Origin: an uncultured Gammaproteobacteria bacterium | GTDB taxonomy: Bacteria > Pseudomonadota > Gammaproteobacteria > JACCXJ01 | Length of the DNA stretch: 64,000 nucleotides | Reading direction: 5' to 3' | Assembly: GCA_963764725.1 (NCBI GenBank) | Contig: CAVXTM010000018.1 | Coordinates: forward strand, 416,001 to 480,000 | Part shown: one piece after another, positions 41,989 through 51,906 of the stretch | Layout: every line of letters begins with the position of its first letter | Numbering within the stretch: position 1 is the stretch's first letter | Translations under genes and position numbers: made by a program | The notes under the pieces: generated by a model | Databases searched by the model: none | What the model was told of the DNA's origin: nothing | Seen by the model: the letters and a program-made list of their open reading frames with translations, nothing else

Positions 41989-43359
41989 GTGAACGTTCTA
42001 GCAAAACGCACTACTAGAAAGCAGTCCGGCTTTGCCCTTATCGCAGTCCTCCTCGTTCTTGTAACCGGGGCTTCATTTGTTTTGCTTAGAGGACTAAACG
42101 CGGTGGCGACTCAATCATACCGCGACGAGCAGACGACGCGCGCGCTGGCGGAAGCGAAAGCGGCGTTGATCGGGTATGCCCTGACGTATTCGGAACAACA
42201 TCCAGGGCAGCCCCAAGGGTTTCTGCCGTGCCCAGACACAGACGGTAACGGCATGCCCAACCCCCCGTGCGGAACAAGCTCACAAAGTTTTATAGGCCGT
42301 CTGCCATGGCAGATCTTGGGAATACCCCCTTTACGCGACGGCACTGGGGACTGTCTTTGGTACGCTGTATCCGGAAACTATAAGAATAATCCCAAAATAT
42401 CCCTCACTAGCGATACCGATGGACAGTTTATCGTGCGAGACGGCAGTGGCAATGTAATAGTCGGAGCGGTGCCCGAGACTCAAGCAATCGCGATCATATT
42501 TGCGCCTGGCGCGGTATTAGGCGTCCAAGACCGCAGTACAAGCGCCCCAAACGAATGCGGGAGCGCGAATTTAGGCGCGTCCGTCAACAAACCAGAAAAT
42601 TATCTAGATTCTCTCGGCGGCATCAATAATGCTGCAGGCAATCCAGCCCTCCCAACTGCCGCACCTTCGGCGTTCGTCTCACCGCCTGGCATGATTGCCG
42701 ACTTCAACGACAAGATGCTTGCAATTACCCCGCAGGATTTCGATCTGGTCTACGCACGCATGGACCGCTGGGTGGCAGATCGAGCGCAGCAGTGCCTTGC
42801 CGCATACGGGATCACTCATTCCTGGGCAGCGGCCTTAGACCAACCGGCAACAAGCCCGCCCGATTTGACTGCGGATAACAACGAACGGTTTGGCCGGATA
42901 CCCAACGCACCCAGCCCCAGTCCGCCTCTGCCAGGATGGAACAGTGATCCAGACATCAATGTTGGTGGAATTTGCTTTGCGGATGTGGGTGGCTTTACAG
43001 GACCGGGTTGGTGGTGGTGGGACACTTGGCGCGAGATGGTGTTCTACTCCGTCAACGCGGCTTCGTCTCCAGGTGGCGGCACACCCGCGTTGCAGCTAAC
43101 GGGCGCTACTCCACCCAACTCCCAGTTTGTTATTGCTGTCGGCGGCCGAAAACTAGCGGGCCAACAACGAAGCAACGCAGCTCAGAAAGCAGATATTGCG
43201 AATTATCTAGAAGACCACGACGATCCAAACTTCGCCACGGGTACGCCCCCAGGTCCTGCTGGCAATATCCCAACAGGCGACGAACAATTTGTGACCACAC
43301 CCACTGTCGTAGGCACGGCATTCAACGACGTCGTATGCAATAACACGGGTTGTCCTTAA
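41989..43359 (+). CDS. Large pilin-like protein without Glu5 (PilX/GspK-type)
   Basis: QSG|FALIAVLLVLV prepilin site, AL..AK.ALIGYA, LPCPDTDG; Cys-rich. Confidence 0.75.
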   Translation: MNVLAKRTTRKQSGFALIAVLLVLVTGASFVLLRGLNAVATQSYRDEQTTRALAEAKAALIGYALTYSEQHPGQPQGFLPCPDTDGNGMPNPPCGTSSQSFIGRLPWQILGIPPLRDGTGDCLWYAVSGNYKNNPKISLTSDTDGQFIVRDGSGNVIVGAVPETQAIAIIFAPGAVLGVQDRSTSAPNECGSANLGASVNKPENYLDSLGGINNAAGNPALPTAAPSAFVSPPGMIADFNDKMLAITPQDFDLVYARMDRWVADRAQQCLAAYGITHSWAAALDQPATSPPDLTADNNERFGRIPNAPSPSPPLPGWNSDPDINVGGICFADVGGFTGPGWWWWDTWREMVFYSVNAASSPGGGTPALQLTGATPPNSQFVIAVGGRKLAGQQRSNAAQKADIANYLEDHDDPNFATGTPPGPAGNIPTGDEQFVTTPTVVGTAFNDVVCNNTGCP

Positions 43360-43445
43360 ATGACGTTCAAAAGACTAAATAGCGTGCGAAACAACTTAGG
43401 GTTTTCGCTATTACTTGCCGCACAGGGACAAAGAGAACCTCTTGA

Positions 43446-44213
43446 ATGAAACGCCTTACGGAGGGCGGATTCACTCTAATTGAAATTGCAATCGCGGTAG
43501 TCGTGATCGCACTGTTACTGGGCAGTTTACTCGGGCCGTTGTCGGTGCGGGTAGAACAACAGGAGCGTCAAAAGACACAAGCGTTACTAGAAGAGATCAA
43601 AGAAGCTCTGTACGGCTACGCGGCGACTACTGGTACATTACCTTGTCCCGATACGGATGGAGCCGGACTGCCAAACGGCTCACCGCCGACGACATCGTGT
43701 ACGGGATACGAAGGTGGTCTTCCCTGGCAGACCTTAGGCGTCGAGCGCGGGGATGCTTGGGGATATCGTTTTAGGTACCGAGTGACACCCGAATTTACCG
43801 CTCCTAATATCGCTACATGCGATGATGATGGTGACGGTAATCCAAACAATCCCGATTTTAATTTCGATCTCTGCGACGACGGAGATATCACGGTAAGAAC
43901 GCGCGATAACGACAAAGACCCCGTGGACCTTGTGACGAAAGCGCCAGCAGTCATACTCTCACACGGGAAAAACGGTCTAGGAGCAACCCGGATCGATGGT
44001 GTGGCTATGCCCCCTACGGCAGGAGGTACCGACGAGGAGGTGAACGCTGATCCTACAGATCCTAATTTTATCACTCGGACGTACTCCTTTCCGGGTACCA
44101 ATTGTAGTGACACGGATCCGGCGCTCGCTTATTGCGAATTCGATGATCTCGTCGTCTGGATATCACCGAATGTTTTAAAGAACAGAATGATAGCAGCGGG
44201 TCGTCTACCGTAG
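43446..44213 (+). CDS. Type IV pilin / pseudopilin with N-methylation motif
   Basis: GG|FTLIEIAIAVVVIALL, ALYGYA, LPCPDTDG, DAWG, FDD.V.W. Confidence 0.88.
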   Translation: MKRLTEGGFTLIEIAIAVVVIALLLGSLLGPLSVRVEQQERQKTQALLEEIKEALYGYAATTGTLPCPDTDGAGLPNGSPPTTSCTGYEGGLPWQTLGVERGDAWGYRFRYRVTPEFTAPNIATCDDDGDGNPNNPDFNFDLCDDGDITVRTRDNDKDPVDLVTKAPAVILSHGKNGLGATRIDGVAMPPTAGGTDEEVNADPTDPNFITRTYSFPGTNCSDTDPALAYCEFDDLVVWISPNVLKNRMIAAGRLP

Positions 44214-44963
44214 GTTGTTATTTCTCTGTTTGACCCACATCCACAATCCCGTGATCACCAGCGCCAAGAACAGCAACGCCGCGCCGTTGACCACGTAGAC
44301 GCCCCATTGGCCCACGATACGCCCACTATGCAGGTCGAGGATCACGCGTTCCAGCGGCAGACCGCTGCCGCGATAGGCCTGCATTAGCTTTTCCTCGAGC
44401 TCGGGTGGCAGTGGGAGCGACGTTGCCCAATCCACGTCTGCTGTCGTGGATTTCCGCCAATCGAGCTTTTCCAAGTCGGCCAGGTAATCGCCGTGAGCCG
44501 CACGAATAACCAGTTGCCCCGAAGGTGTGAGGCCGATCCGTTTCATGCCCGCGGGGACGCCGTCGGCACTGCCGATGCGCTCGATCAATTCCCCCGTTGG
44601 GCTGACAATCAAGAGCTTTCCGGGGATGGCGATGAGCAAGGTATCGCCGATTTTCAGTCCCCCAATCAGCCGTTCCGCGCGTTCGGCCAATTCTTTCGTA
44701 TCGAGGTAGAGGCGATCACCTAGGCTACTGACAAAATGGTCACCGGCGGAAAAGGCGACTGGCGGTTCCGGTGCGGAGATGCGGTAGAGATCAAGCAGCC
44801 ATGGCGTCTCGACAAACCGCTTGCCGAGCCCCAGCGCGCCGGTGTGGTTTAGCAGCAGGCCGGTCGTGATGAGGAAGACGAAAAAGACGGCCCCGGTCAT
44901 ACCCACGCGCCGATGCCATTGCTGTAAGGACGCTCGCGATGAGTTATTCCCCTTCCATTTCAT
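44205..44963 (-). CDS. PepSY-associated TM protein (candidate heme b membrane redox protein)
   Basis: WHRRVG...TGLLLNH N-terminal helix; LDLHSGR...TGLWMW C-terminal helix. Confidence 0.85.
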   Translation of the reverse strand: MKWKGNNSSRASLQQWHRRVGMTGAVFFVFLITTGLLLNHTGALGLGKRFVETPWLLDLYRISAPEPPVAFSAGDHFVSSLGDRLYLDTKELAERAERLIGGLKIGDTLLIAIPGKLLIVSPTGELIERIGSADGVPAGMKRIGLTPSGQLVIRAAHGDYLADLEKLDWRKSTTADVDWATSLPLPPELEEKLMQAYRGSGLPLERVILDLHSGRIVGQWGVYVVNGAALLFLALVITGLWMWVKQRNNNLR

Positions 44964-45532
44964 TGCGTCCTCGGCGCGCCAGGCAGGGCCGGAATTATTT
45001 TTTTGCCATCGGCGAAATCGCTGTGGGCGTGCAGAAACAAGGCGAGGCGCGCGAGCTTGGTCAACGCACGTACCGAAAGCGTGGCGCCCGAGATCCCGTC
45101 GATATCGCGATCCAGTTGCTGTCCTGTTGCCAAGGTCGCGCCGGTGAATTGGTCGGTGAAGAACGGATAGCGCACTTCCCAGCCCCGGCTTTCCCGAAAC
45201 ACTAAGACCTTGATCCGCTCGATCGTGCCGCGATCGACCACGATGCCGGTCGTGATCGGCCGTTCCTTACCGATTTCGTCGAGGATCCAGGCGGTCCTCC
45301 CGTCCTTGCCCCAATAGCGAAGGCGCAAGACATCAAGATCATGTTCCAGAATCGCGCGGATACTTGGCTTGAGTTTCTCATCGATCCAGAGCTTGGAGGG
45401 CTCGGGTGGAGCGCCGGCAAAGGCCTCGCGCAGGAAATCCTCCGACGTTTGATAGATACCCTCCGCAGCGGAGTGGGCCGAGAGTGCGATCGTCGCGAGC
45501 GCTAGGAAGGTTAACGGGCGTGGGAACGGCAT
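44960..45532 (-). CDS. Exported FMN-binding domain protein
   Basis: Signal peptide, FRESRGWEV, F..QF.G, DGISGATLS flavinylation motif. Confidence 0.88.
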   Translation of the reverse strand: MPFPRPLTFLALATIALSAHSAAEGIYQTSEDFLREAFAGAPPEPSKLWIDEKLKPSIRAILEHDLDVLRLRYWGKDGRTAWILDEIGKERPITTGIVVDRGTIERIKVLVFRESRGWEVRYPFFTDQFTGATLATGQQLDRDIDGISGATLSVRALTKLARLALFLHAHSDFADGKKIIPALPGAPRTQ

Positions 45533-45593
45533 GTCCTGTTACGACACCGATGCGATAATAAACAAACGAAGACATTCGGAATATCGCTTGCGG

Positions 45594-46889
45594 TTAAAAT
45601 TGATAGCCCACGCCCAAGTTAAAGCCGTCGTTGTCGTTCGCATCGTCCTCACCAAATTGCTCTTGAACGTCGAACTTGAAGACGATGTCGGGATGCGGCC
45701 AGTAGTTGAATCCGGCATTGACTTGCTCTTTTTCCGTGTCGAGATCCGCGCCCGCGTTATTATTCCATTGGTTATAGCGCGCGAATATGCCAAGCTCGCC
45801 CGGAAGCCACCCTGGCAGATCAAATCGATACGAGGGTTCGATGTACCAACCCCATTGTTCGTCGCGCCCGGGGGAAGGCCCGCTTGCCGGTCCCAGGCCC
45901 GTGGGGCCGTCGTCGAGGTTCCAGCCCGCCGCAAGCGCGCGCAAGCCCCAACCGCCTTTACGAAAATCGACGTGTCCCTCGAAGAGCGTGGCATCGATGC
46001 CCAACGCACCTTGCGTGAGGTCGGACTGATATTGTCCCGTAAACCCAAGCTCAAGGCCAGGATAACCGGTATAGCGAATGCGGCCGGTCACGGCCCCGTC
46101 ATCCGCGGGGGCCTCCGAGACCTTCTGACGGCCCGCACGGATGAGAAATGCGTCAGATCCGGTCGTGGGTGTATCGAGACCCGAGCTCAACATCAGATCA
46201 TAATTCCATCCCGGCGCGATCTCACCCATCGCCTCCAGGCCCGCCTCCCACCAGGTCGTCGGAATGATATTGGTTTCGACGGGATTGCGCTCTACGCCAA
46301 AAAAAGTCGGAGGCTCATGGGTGAGGTTTAATATACCCACTGGAATAAGGTCCAACCCCGCGCGCACCCGCTGGGAGTCGAACACGTCGAATTCAAGCCA
46401 AGCCTGTTCTAACTCGACTTCGCCGTTCTGGCCCTCGCCGCTGACCGCGTGCTCCAGTTCCACTTCAGAGAAAAATCGGAAGCGGTCCGTGAAATCATGG
46501 CCGAAGTAGAGCACGAACCGATGAAAATCGACTTCATCTGTCTCCGTCCCGGTGAAATCATTGTCGAGATTGTTGTAATGCAATTCACCGTAGCCCCCGA
46601 CTCTGGTTCTATCCGCCCATGACGCAGCGGCTGGGTTGGTTTCGATCGCGTCCGCCGTGGCCTCGACTTTTTGCTCGGCACTCTTGACCTTTTTTTGCGT
46701 TACCCGCACGCTTTCCTGAGTCAATTCAAGCTTCGTCTTCAACTCTTCAATGGTCTTCTGTTGTTGCTGGATGATTTTCCACATCTCCTCCGGGCTTGGG
46801 GCGGCGTGAACGTAACCCGACGCAAGCCCCAATACGGTTCCTAAAACCTGCGCCGATCGAGTAAAGCTTAGCCAAGAGGAACGTTTCAT
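45594..46889 (-). CDS. Outer-membrane porin with N-terminal coiled coil
   Basis: Signal peptide, coiled coil, GGYGELHY, DFHRFVLYFG, EVELEH, C-terminal GVGYQF. Confidence 0.85.
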   Translation of the reverse strand: MKRSSWLSFTRSAQVLGTVLGLASGYVHAAPSPEEMWKIIQQQQKTIEELKTKLELTQESVRVTQKKVKSAEQKVEATADAIETNPAAASWADRTRVGGYGELHYNNLDNDFTGTETDEVDFHRFVLYFGHDFTDRFRFFSEVELEHAVSGEGQNGEVELEQAWLEFDVFDSQRVRAGLDLIPVGILNLTHEPPTFFGVERNPVETNIIPTTWWEAGLEAMGEIAPGWNYDLMLSSGLDTPTTGSDAFLIRAGRQKVSEAPADDGAVTGRIRYTGYPGLELGFTGQYQSDLTQGALGIDATLFEGHVDFRKGGWGLRALAAGWNLDDGPTGLGPASGPSPGRDEQWGWYIEPSYRFDLPGWLPGELGIFARYNQWNNNAGADLDTEKEQVNAGFNYWPHPDIVFKFDVQEQFGEDDANDNDGFNLGVGYQF

Positions 46890-46912
46890 TTCGCTTCTCC
46901 ATTAACCTAAAT

Positions 46913-46934
46913 CATAATGATAATACGACGCATT
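46913..46934. promoter_or_regulatory. Putative Fur box upstream of the porin
   Basis: CATAATGATAATACGACGCATT, partial match to GATAATGATAATCATTATC. Confidence 0.55.
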
Positions 46935-46960
46935 CAACATCAAAAAACATAAAACCTAAC

Positions 46961-47245
46961 CTACTGCATCAGCTCTCGCATTCTAGCCAGATCCATCGCC
47001 ACCGGCAGTAACCTCGTCCCCCCTGGACCCTGCACGGTCCCCTGATTGACAGCTATCAAGCTACCTTCTTGGAGAGACGAACCAAGCTCCCGACTCTTGA
47101 GGTACTCTTCCGCGTAATCCACGCAGCAGCCGCAACTCGTACCAAGATGCAGCTTATCACTAAGCTGCCTCACCGAATTCACGCCATTTTGGATGGCGCG
47201 CTCAATGTCTTGATCCTTGACCCCGTGACAAATACAAACAAGCAT
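46961..47245 (-). CDS. bfd: Bacterioferritin-associated [2Fe-2S] ferredoxin
   Basis: M.VCIC.GV....I...I..G...LGTSCGCC; next to bfr. Confidence 0.88.
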   Translation of the reverse strand: MLVCICHGVKDQDIERAIQNGVNSVRQLSDKLHLGTSCGCCVDYAEEYLKSRELGSSLQEGSLIAVNQGTVQGPGGTRLLPVAMDLARMRELMQ

Positions 47246-47288
47246 TCTCGCTTCCTCTTCAATTCAAGGCTGATGCTAATGCTATTAT

Positions 47289-47307
47289 AAATGAGAAGCA
47301 TTCGCAA
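47289..47307. promoter_or_regulatory. Putative Fur box upstream of bfd
   Basis: AAATGAGAAGCATTCGCAA, 7-1-7 TGAGAAG-C-ATTCGCA. Confidence 0.65.
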
Positions 47308-47351
47308 CCACTTTGCGACAGCAGTTTAAACGACCTTCTCTACTACCTACC

Positions 47352-47816
47352 CTAGCGCATCGATAATAGATAGTTTTCGATCCCCAGTTTCTCAATCAAT
47401 TCGAGCTGGGTTTCCAACCAATCTACGTGCTCTTCTTCTCCACGCAGTATCTCTTCCAAAAGCGATCTGGACACGAAATCCCGGCTTGATTCACACCACG
47501 CAATCGCCTCCCGCAGCAGGGTCATCGCGTTGTTCTCGAGTTTAAGGTCACAGGTCAGCATTTCTGTCACGTTCTCCCCGAGCATAAGTTTTCCTAGGTC
47601 CTGGAGGTTCGGCAGTCCGTCCAACAACAGGATCCGTTCGATCAAATGATCCGCATGTTTCATCTCGTCCAGGGATTCACGAAACTCGTACTCGTTGAGC
47701 TTGTGCAATCCCCAATTCTTGAACATGCGTGCATGCACAAAATACTGGTTGATCGAAGTAAGCTCGTTCTGCAAGACCTTATTGAGATAATCGATCAGTT
47801 TGCCGTCGCCTTTCAT
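47352..47816 (-). CDS. bfr: Bacterioferritin
   Basis: MKGD..., [17 protein letters not shown] (heme-ligand Met), [11 protein letters not shown]. Confidence 0.97.
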   Translation of the reverse strand: MKGDGKLIDYLNKVLQNELTSINQYFVHARMFKNWGLHKLNEYEFRESLDEMKHADHLIERILLLDGLPNLQDLGKLMLGENVTEMLTCDLKLENNAMTLLREAIAWCESSRDFVSRSLLEEILRGEEEHVDWLETQLELIEKLGIENYLLSMR

Positions 47817-48040
47817 CGGTGTCCTCACTTCGCAGGAACGGTTGCTACCGTCATTCATACACTATACTGAGCCCATCTCTCTGCATGTCAATGCCGCTCG
47901 GCCCTTGAGCCCATCGCAGGGGCGTGTCACTTTTTGAACCTATGATAGAGTTGCCATCAAAAAACGTCGGGCCGTTGCATCGGCGCCCGACATGCGATTA
48001 ATAACATTCAGCCGCAAGATCGCGAACGACTCGGAAACGA

Positions 48041-50080
48041 ATGGAAAATCCCTTACTGACCGAGGCGGGTTTACCGCCGTTCCAACACATCGAGGTCGGT
48101 CACGTGGAACCGGCCATCGATACCGTGCTCGCCGAAAATCGGACGGCCTTGGCATCGCTGCTAGAAAACGCGGCAACACCGAGCTGGGAACTAACGCTGC
48201 GGCCGGTAGAAGACTTACAGGACCGGTTAAGCCGTGCCTGGGCGCCGGTGCGGCATCTGCATGCGGTGGCCGACAACGATGAACTGCGTGCAGCTTTCAG
48301 CAATTGTCTGCCCAAGCTCAGCGACTACGCCACCGAGCTCGGCCAGAACGAAGGGCTTTATAACGCCTATAGAAGCGTGCGGATCAGCCGGGACTTTCCG
48401 CGGTTGCCTCGGGCCGAGCGCAAGATTATTGAGAATGCCTTACGCGATTTTAAGCTCTCGGGCGTGGAACTGAATGGCAAAAAGAAGGAGCGTTTCAAGG
48501 TCATCAAACAACGGCTAGCCGAGCTCGATGCGCGTTTTGAAGAGCATTTACTCGATGCGACCCACGGCTGGAAGAAACACCTCATCGATTCTGCCGCGCT
48601 CCAAGGGCTGCCGCCATCGGCGCGTGATCTTGCCCAGCAACGAGCGGCGCGCGAGGGTCTTTCGGGATGGCTGCTGACGCTCGAACTCCCGCTTTACCTG
48701 CCCATATTGACTTTCGCGGACGATTGCGACTTACGCCGCGAAGTCTACTTAGCTTACGTGACGCGCGCATCCGACCAGGGGCCCTTTGCCGGGCGCTGGG
48801 ACAACTCGGAAATTATGGTAGAGATCCTGAACCTGCGCGCGGAGCTGGCGCGGCTGCTCGGCTATCAACATTATGCGGAGCTGGCGCTGGTTCCGAGAAT
48901 GGCCAAAAGCGCCGGCGAGGTGCTGGGCTTTCTAGAGGATCTCGGCGCGCGCGCACGGCCCGTGGCCGAGCGCGAGTTGGCGGAGCTTCAAGACTTCGCC
49001 AAGACGCACTATGGCCGCGATGATTTGCATGCCTGGGACGTCGCCTACTATTCCGAAAAACTGAAGCAGCAGCGCTTTTCGCTTTCGCAAGAAGATCTTA
49101 GGCCCTATTTCCCAGCGCCGCAGGTAGTGAACGGGTTGTTCGCGATAGTCCGGGGCATTTACGGTCTAAACATCCGGGCGCGCGCCGATGTCGAGACTTG
49201 GCATTCCGACGTAAGTTTCTTCGAGGTCTACGACCGCGGCGGCTCGTTGCGCGGGGGGTTTTACCTCGACCTCTATGCGCGCCCGCACAAACGCGGTGGG
49301 GCCTGGATGGACGAATGCATCGTACGCAAGCGCTCGCCGGCGGGCGTACAGATCCCGGTAGCATTCCTGACGTGTAACTTCGCTCCGCCGATCGGCGAGC
49401 ACCCGGCTTTGCTAACCCATGACGACGTGAATACCCTGTTCCACGAGTTCGGGCATGGACTGCACCACCTGCTGACCTTGGTCGATTATCCAAGTGTCGC
49501 CGGGGTCAACGGCGTACCGTGGGACGCCGTCGAGTTGCCGAGTCAACTCATGGAAAACTGGTGTTGGGAACCGCAAGCACTGGATCTCATCAGCGGCCAC
49601 TATGAGACGGGTGCGCCCATCGATGCAGCGCTCTACAAGCGTATGCACGCGGCGAAAACCTTCCAAGCGGGTATGCAAATGGTGCGTCAGCTCGAATTCG
49701 CCTTGTTCGATTTCCGCCTGCACCTGACGCCGGGCCCTTACAGCGCATCCCTGATCCAAGCAGTCTTGGACCGCGTGCGCGCGGAAATTGCCGTCGTTAA
49801 GCCGCCGCTTTTTAACCGTTTTCAGCACGGATTCTCTCATATCTTCTCCGGCGGCTATGCGGCAGGTTATTACAGCTACAAATGGGCGGAGGTGCTAGCC
49901 GCGGACGCTTTCTCGAAATTTCAGGAAAGCGGTGTCTTCGATGCCGGGACCGGGGAAGGATTCATGCAGACATTCCTAGAGCAAGGCGGAATCCGCGAGC
50001 CCATGGAAATGTTCGTCCAGTTTCGCGGGCGCGAACCTCAGATCGCTCCGCTCCTACGCCGCTGGGGCCTGGCGGCGTAA
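48041..50080 (+). CDS. prlC: Oligopeptidase A (M3)
   Basis: M.NPLL, KRGGAWM, FHEFGHGLH, VELPSQ, GYAAGYYSYKWAEVL. Confidence 0.97.
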   Translation: MENPLLTEAGLPPFQHIEVGHVEPAIDTVLAENRTALASLLENAATPSWELTLRPVEDLQDRLSRAWAPVRHLHAVADNDELRAAFSNCLPKLSDYATELGQNEGLYNAYRSVRISRDFPRLPRAERKIIENALRDFKLSGVELNGKKKERFKVIKQRLAELDARFEEHLLDATHGWKKHLIDSAALQGLPPSARDLAQQRAAREGLSGWLLTLELPLYLPILTFADDCDLRREVYLAYVTRASDQGPFAGRWDNSEIMVEILNLRAELARLLGYQHYAELALVPRMAKSAGEVLGFLEDLGARARPVAERELAELQDFAKTHYGRDDLHAWDVAYYSEKLKQQRFSLSQEDLRPYFPAPQVVNGLFAIVRGIYGLNIRARADVETWHSDVSFFEVYDRGGSLRGGFYLDLYARPHKRGGAWMDECIVRKRSPAGVQIPVAFLTCNFAPPIGEHPALLTHDDVNTLFHEFGHGLHHLLTLVDYPSVAGVNGVPWDAVELPSQLMENWCWEPQALDLISGHYETGAPIDAALYKRMHAAKTFQAGMQMVRQLEFALFDFRLHLTPGPYSASLIQAVLDRVRAEIAVVKPPLFNRFQHGFSHIFSGGYAAGYYSYKWAEVLAADAFSKFQESGVFDAGTGEGFMQTFLEQGGIREPMEMFVQFRGREPQIAPLLRRWGLAA

Positions 50081-50095
50081 CCTGATTGAGTAGCT

Positions 50096-50794
50096 ATGCG
50101 ACGCCTGCGCGCAACATCCCTAGCGATCGTGCTTACCCTGGAATCCCCATATCTAATTGCCGAGGAGGCCTATGTTATCGATCGGCTGCTCATCGGTATC
50201 CACAAAGACAAGGATCTCGAAAGCGAGATCATCAAGGTGTTGCCCACCGGGACCAGACTGGAAGTGCTGAAGCGAGAAGCCGGCTTGGCGCAAATAAAGG
50301 GACCCGAAGGGATCACCGGATGGGTCGATGCCGTATATCTGATGCCGGAGCGTCCTGCCCGCGTGGTGGCGGACGCACTGGACAAACAAAACAAGCAATT
50401 GGACGCGGAGGTCAAGAAATTAAAAGAGCGTCTGAAGCGTCTGCGGACTGCAAGCGCGAGTCCGGGTCCGACCGCCCCGAACGCCTCGCCCGCGGAGGAG
50501 TCTGAACCGCAGGCGTCCGAAATCAAAAAATTGCAGGAACAGAATGCGGCTCTCACCCGGTCGCTTGAGGAACAACGCCTGCGGGCCGAGGAATTGCGAA
50601 CGCGATTGGCGACACTCACCGTTCCGAGCAGCGGCGCCCCTCCCCCAAGCACCGTCCCCGCAAACGAACCCTTTATCGCAAAGTTTAAGTTGCACTTGAT
50701 CTTCGCGGCCTTGGCCTTGGCCCTCGGCGCCGGATGGGGGTTTTATCTCGCGGACTACCTACAACGGCGGCGCCACGGGGGTTTCCGCATGTAG
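50096..50794 (+). CDS. SH3 domain membrane protein (YgiM/TIGR04211-like)
   Basis: Leader, SH3b-like (L..GT.LEVL...GWV...YL), coiled coil, C-terminal TM, RRRHGGF. Confidence 0.75.
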   Translation: MRRLRATSLAIVLTLESPYLIAEEAYVIDRLLIGIHKDKDLESEIIKVLPTGTRLEVLKREAGLAQIKGPEGITGWVDAVYLMPERPARVVADALDKQNKQLDAEVKKLKERLKRLRTASASPGPTAPNASPAEESEPQASEIKKLQEQNAALTRSLEEQRLRAEELRTRLATLTVPSSGAPPPSTVPANEPFIAKFKLHLIFAALALALGAGWGFYLADYLQRRRHGGFRM

Positions 50795-50811
50795 CGCGCG
50801 GGGGCTGGGCC

Positions 50812-51579
50812 GTGCTAAAGGTAGCTACCTGGAACGTCAATTCCGTCCGTATGCGCACCGAGCAAATCGTGCCATGGCTGGCCCAGGAACGCCCCGATCT
50901 GCTGGCATTACAGGAAACCAAAGTGCCGGACACCGAGTTTCCGGCCGATGTTTTTCTGACAGCTGGTTATCACGCGCTTTACGCGGGCCAGAAGAGTTAC
51001 AACGGCGTAGCGATTCTGAGCCGCGGCAGGGGTACAGAAATCGTGACGGAAGTGCCGGGACTGAACGATCCGCAACGCCGGATCCTGGCGGGTGTGTTCG
51101 ATAAAATAACGCTCGTGAACGTTTACGTTCCCAACGGCTTCGAGGTGGGATCGGAAAAATACGCTTACAAACTCGAGTGGTTGCGGCATTTCACCCTCTA
51201 CGCGGCGTCGCTGGTCCAGAGTGGGAACGACGTTATCATTCTCGGGGATTTTAATATCGCACCCGAGGACCGGGACGTCTATGATCCCGTGGCCTGGGAG
51301 GGGAATGTTCTCGTGAGCCCCCCGGAACGAGAACGCTTGCAGCGATTGTCGGCGCTCGGGCTTACGGATGTGTTTCGACTTTTTCGGCAGGATGCGGGAT
51401 TTTATTCCTGGTGGGACTATCGCGCCGGAAACTATCGGCGCAATCACGGCCTCCGCATCGACCTCATCCTGGCGAGTGAGTCACTGGCCTCGCGCTGTAT
51501 CGATTGCCGCATTGACAAAAAACTGCGCGGCCAGTCCAAGCCTTCCGACCATGCGCCGGTCATTGCCGAGTTTCGGTAG
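50812..51579 (+). CDS. xthA: Exodeoxyribonuclease III
   Basis: [31 protein letters not shown]. Confidence 0.96.
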   Translation: MLKVATWNVNSVRMRTEQIVPWLAQERPDLLALQETKVPDTEFPADVFLTAGYHALYAGQKSYNGVAILSRGRGTEIVTEVPGLNDPQRRILAGVFDKITLVNVYVPNGFEVGSEKYAYKLEWLRHFTLYAASLVQSGNDVIILGDFNIAPEDRDVYDPVAWEGNVLVSPPERERLQRLSALGLTDVFRLFRQDAGFYSWWDYRAGNYRRNHGLRIDLILASESLASRCIDCRIDKKLRGQSKPSDHAPVIAEFR

Positions 51580-51688
51580 TTCGCCAGCGATCCGCGCGAC
51601 TGAGGGGCCGCGCCAACCGCAAGAACCCATTGTGCTGATCACGCCTCAGTCGCTAAGATCGCGTAGTTCTTTTGATATTGATACTTTC

Positions 51689-51895
51689 ATGAAACCCGAC
51701 ATTCATCCGGCATACAGCGAGATAACCGTCACCTGCAGTTGTGGCAATAGCTTCGCCACGCGCTCGACGGTCGGTAAAGACATCCATATCGACGTGTGCT
51801 CCGCCTGTCACCCGTTCTATACCGGCAAGCAGAGGCTCGTGGATACCGCGGGGCGTGTGGATCGATTCCGGCGCAAGTATAAGTTGCACTCCTAG
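51689..51895 (+). CDS. rpmE: 50S ribosomal protein L31 (Zn-binding type)
   Basis: [31 protein letters not shown]. Confidence 0.97.
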   Translation: MKPDIHPAYSEITVTCSCGNSFATRSTVGKDIHIDVCSACHPFYTGKQRLVDTAGRVDRFRRKYKLHS

Positions 51896-51906
51896 TCTGA
51901 GGTGCG

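Noticed and set aside
47933-47957. TTTGAA-N13-TGCCAT as a sigma32 promoter for prlC
   Set aside because: Biologically plausible, but both boxes are imperfect; too weak to call.
51368-51688. Long N-terminal extension on L31; similar extensions on holC, rppH, xthA, rsd, gltA and bfr
   Set aside because: These overlap neighbouring genes or intergenic DNA, and canonical starts lie downstream. The valS extension differs because it fills otherwise empty space and has its own motif.
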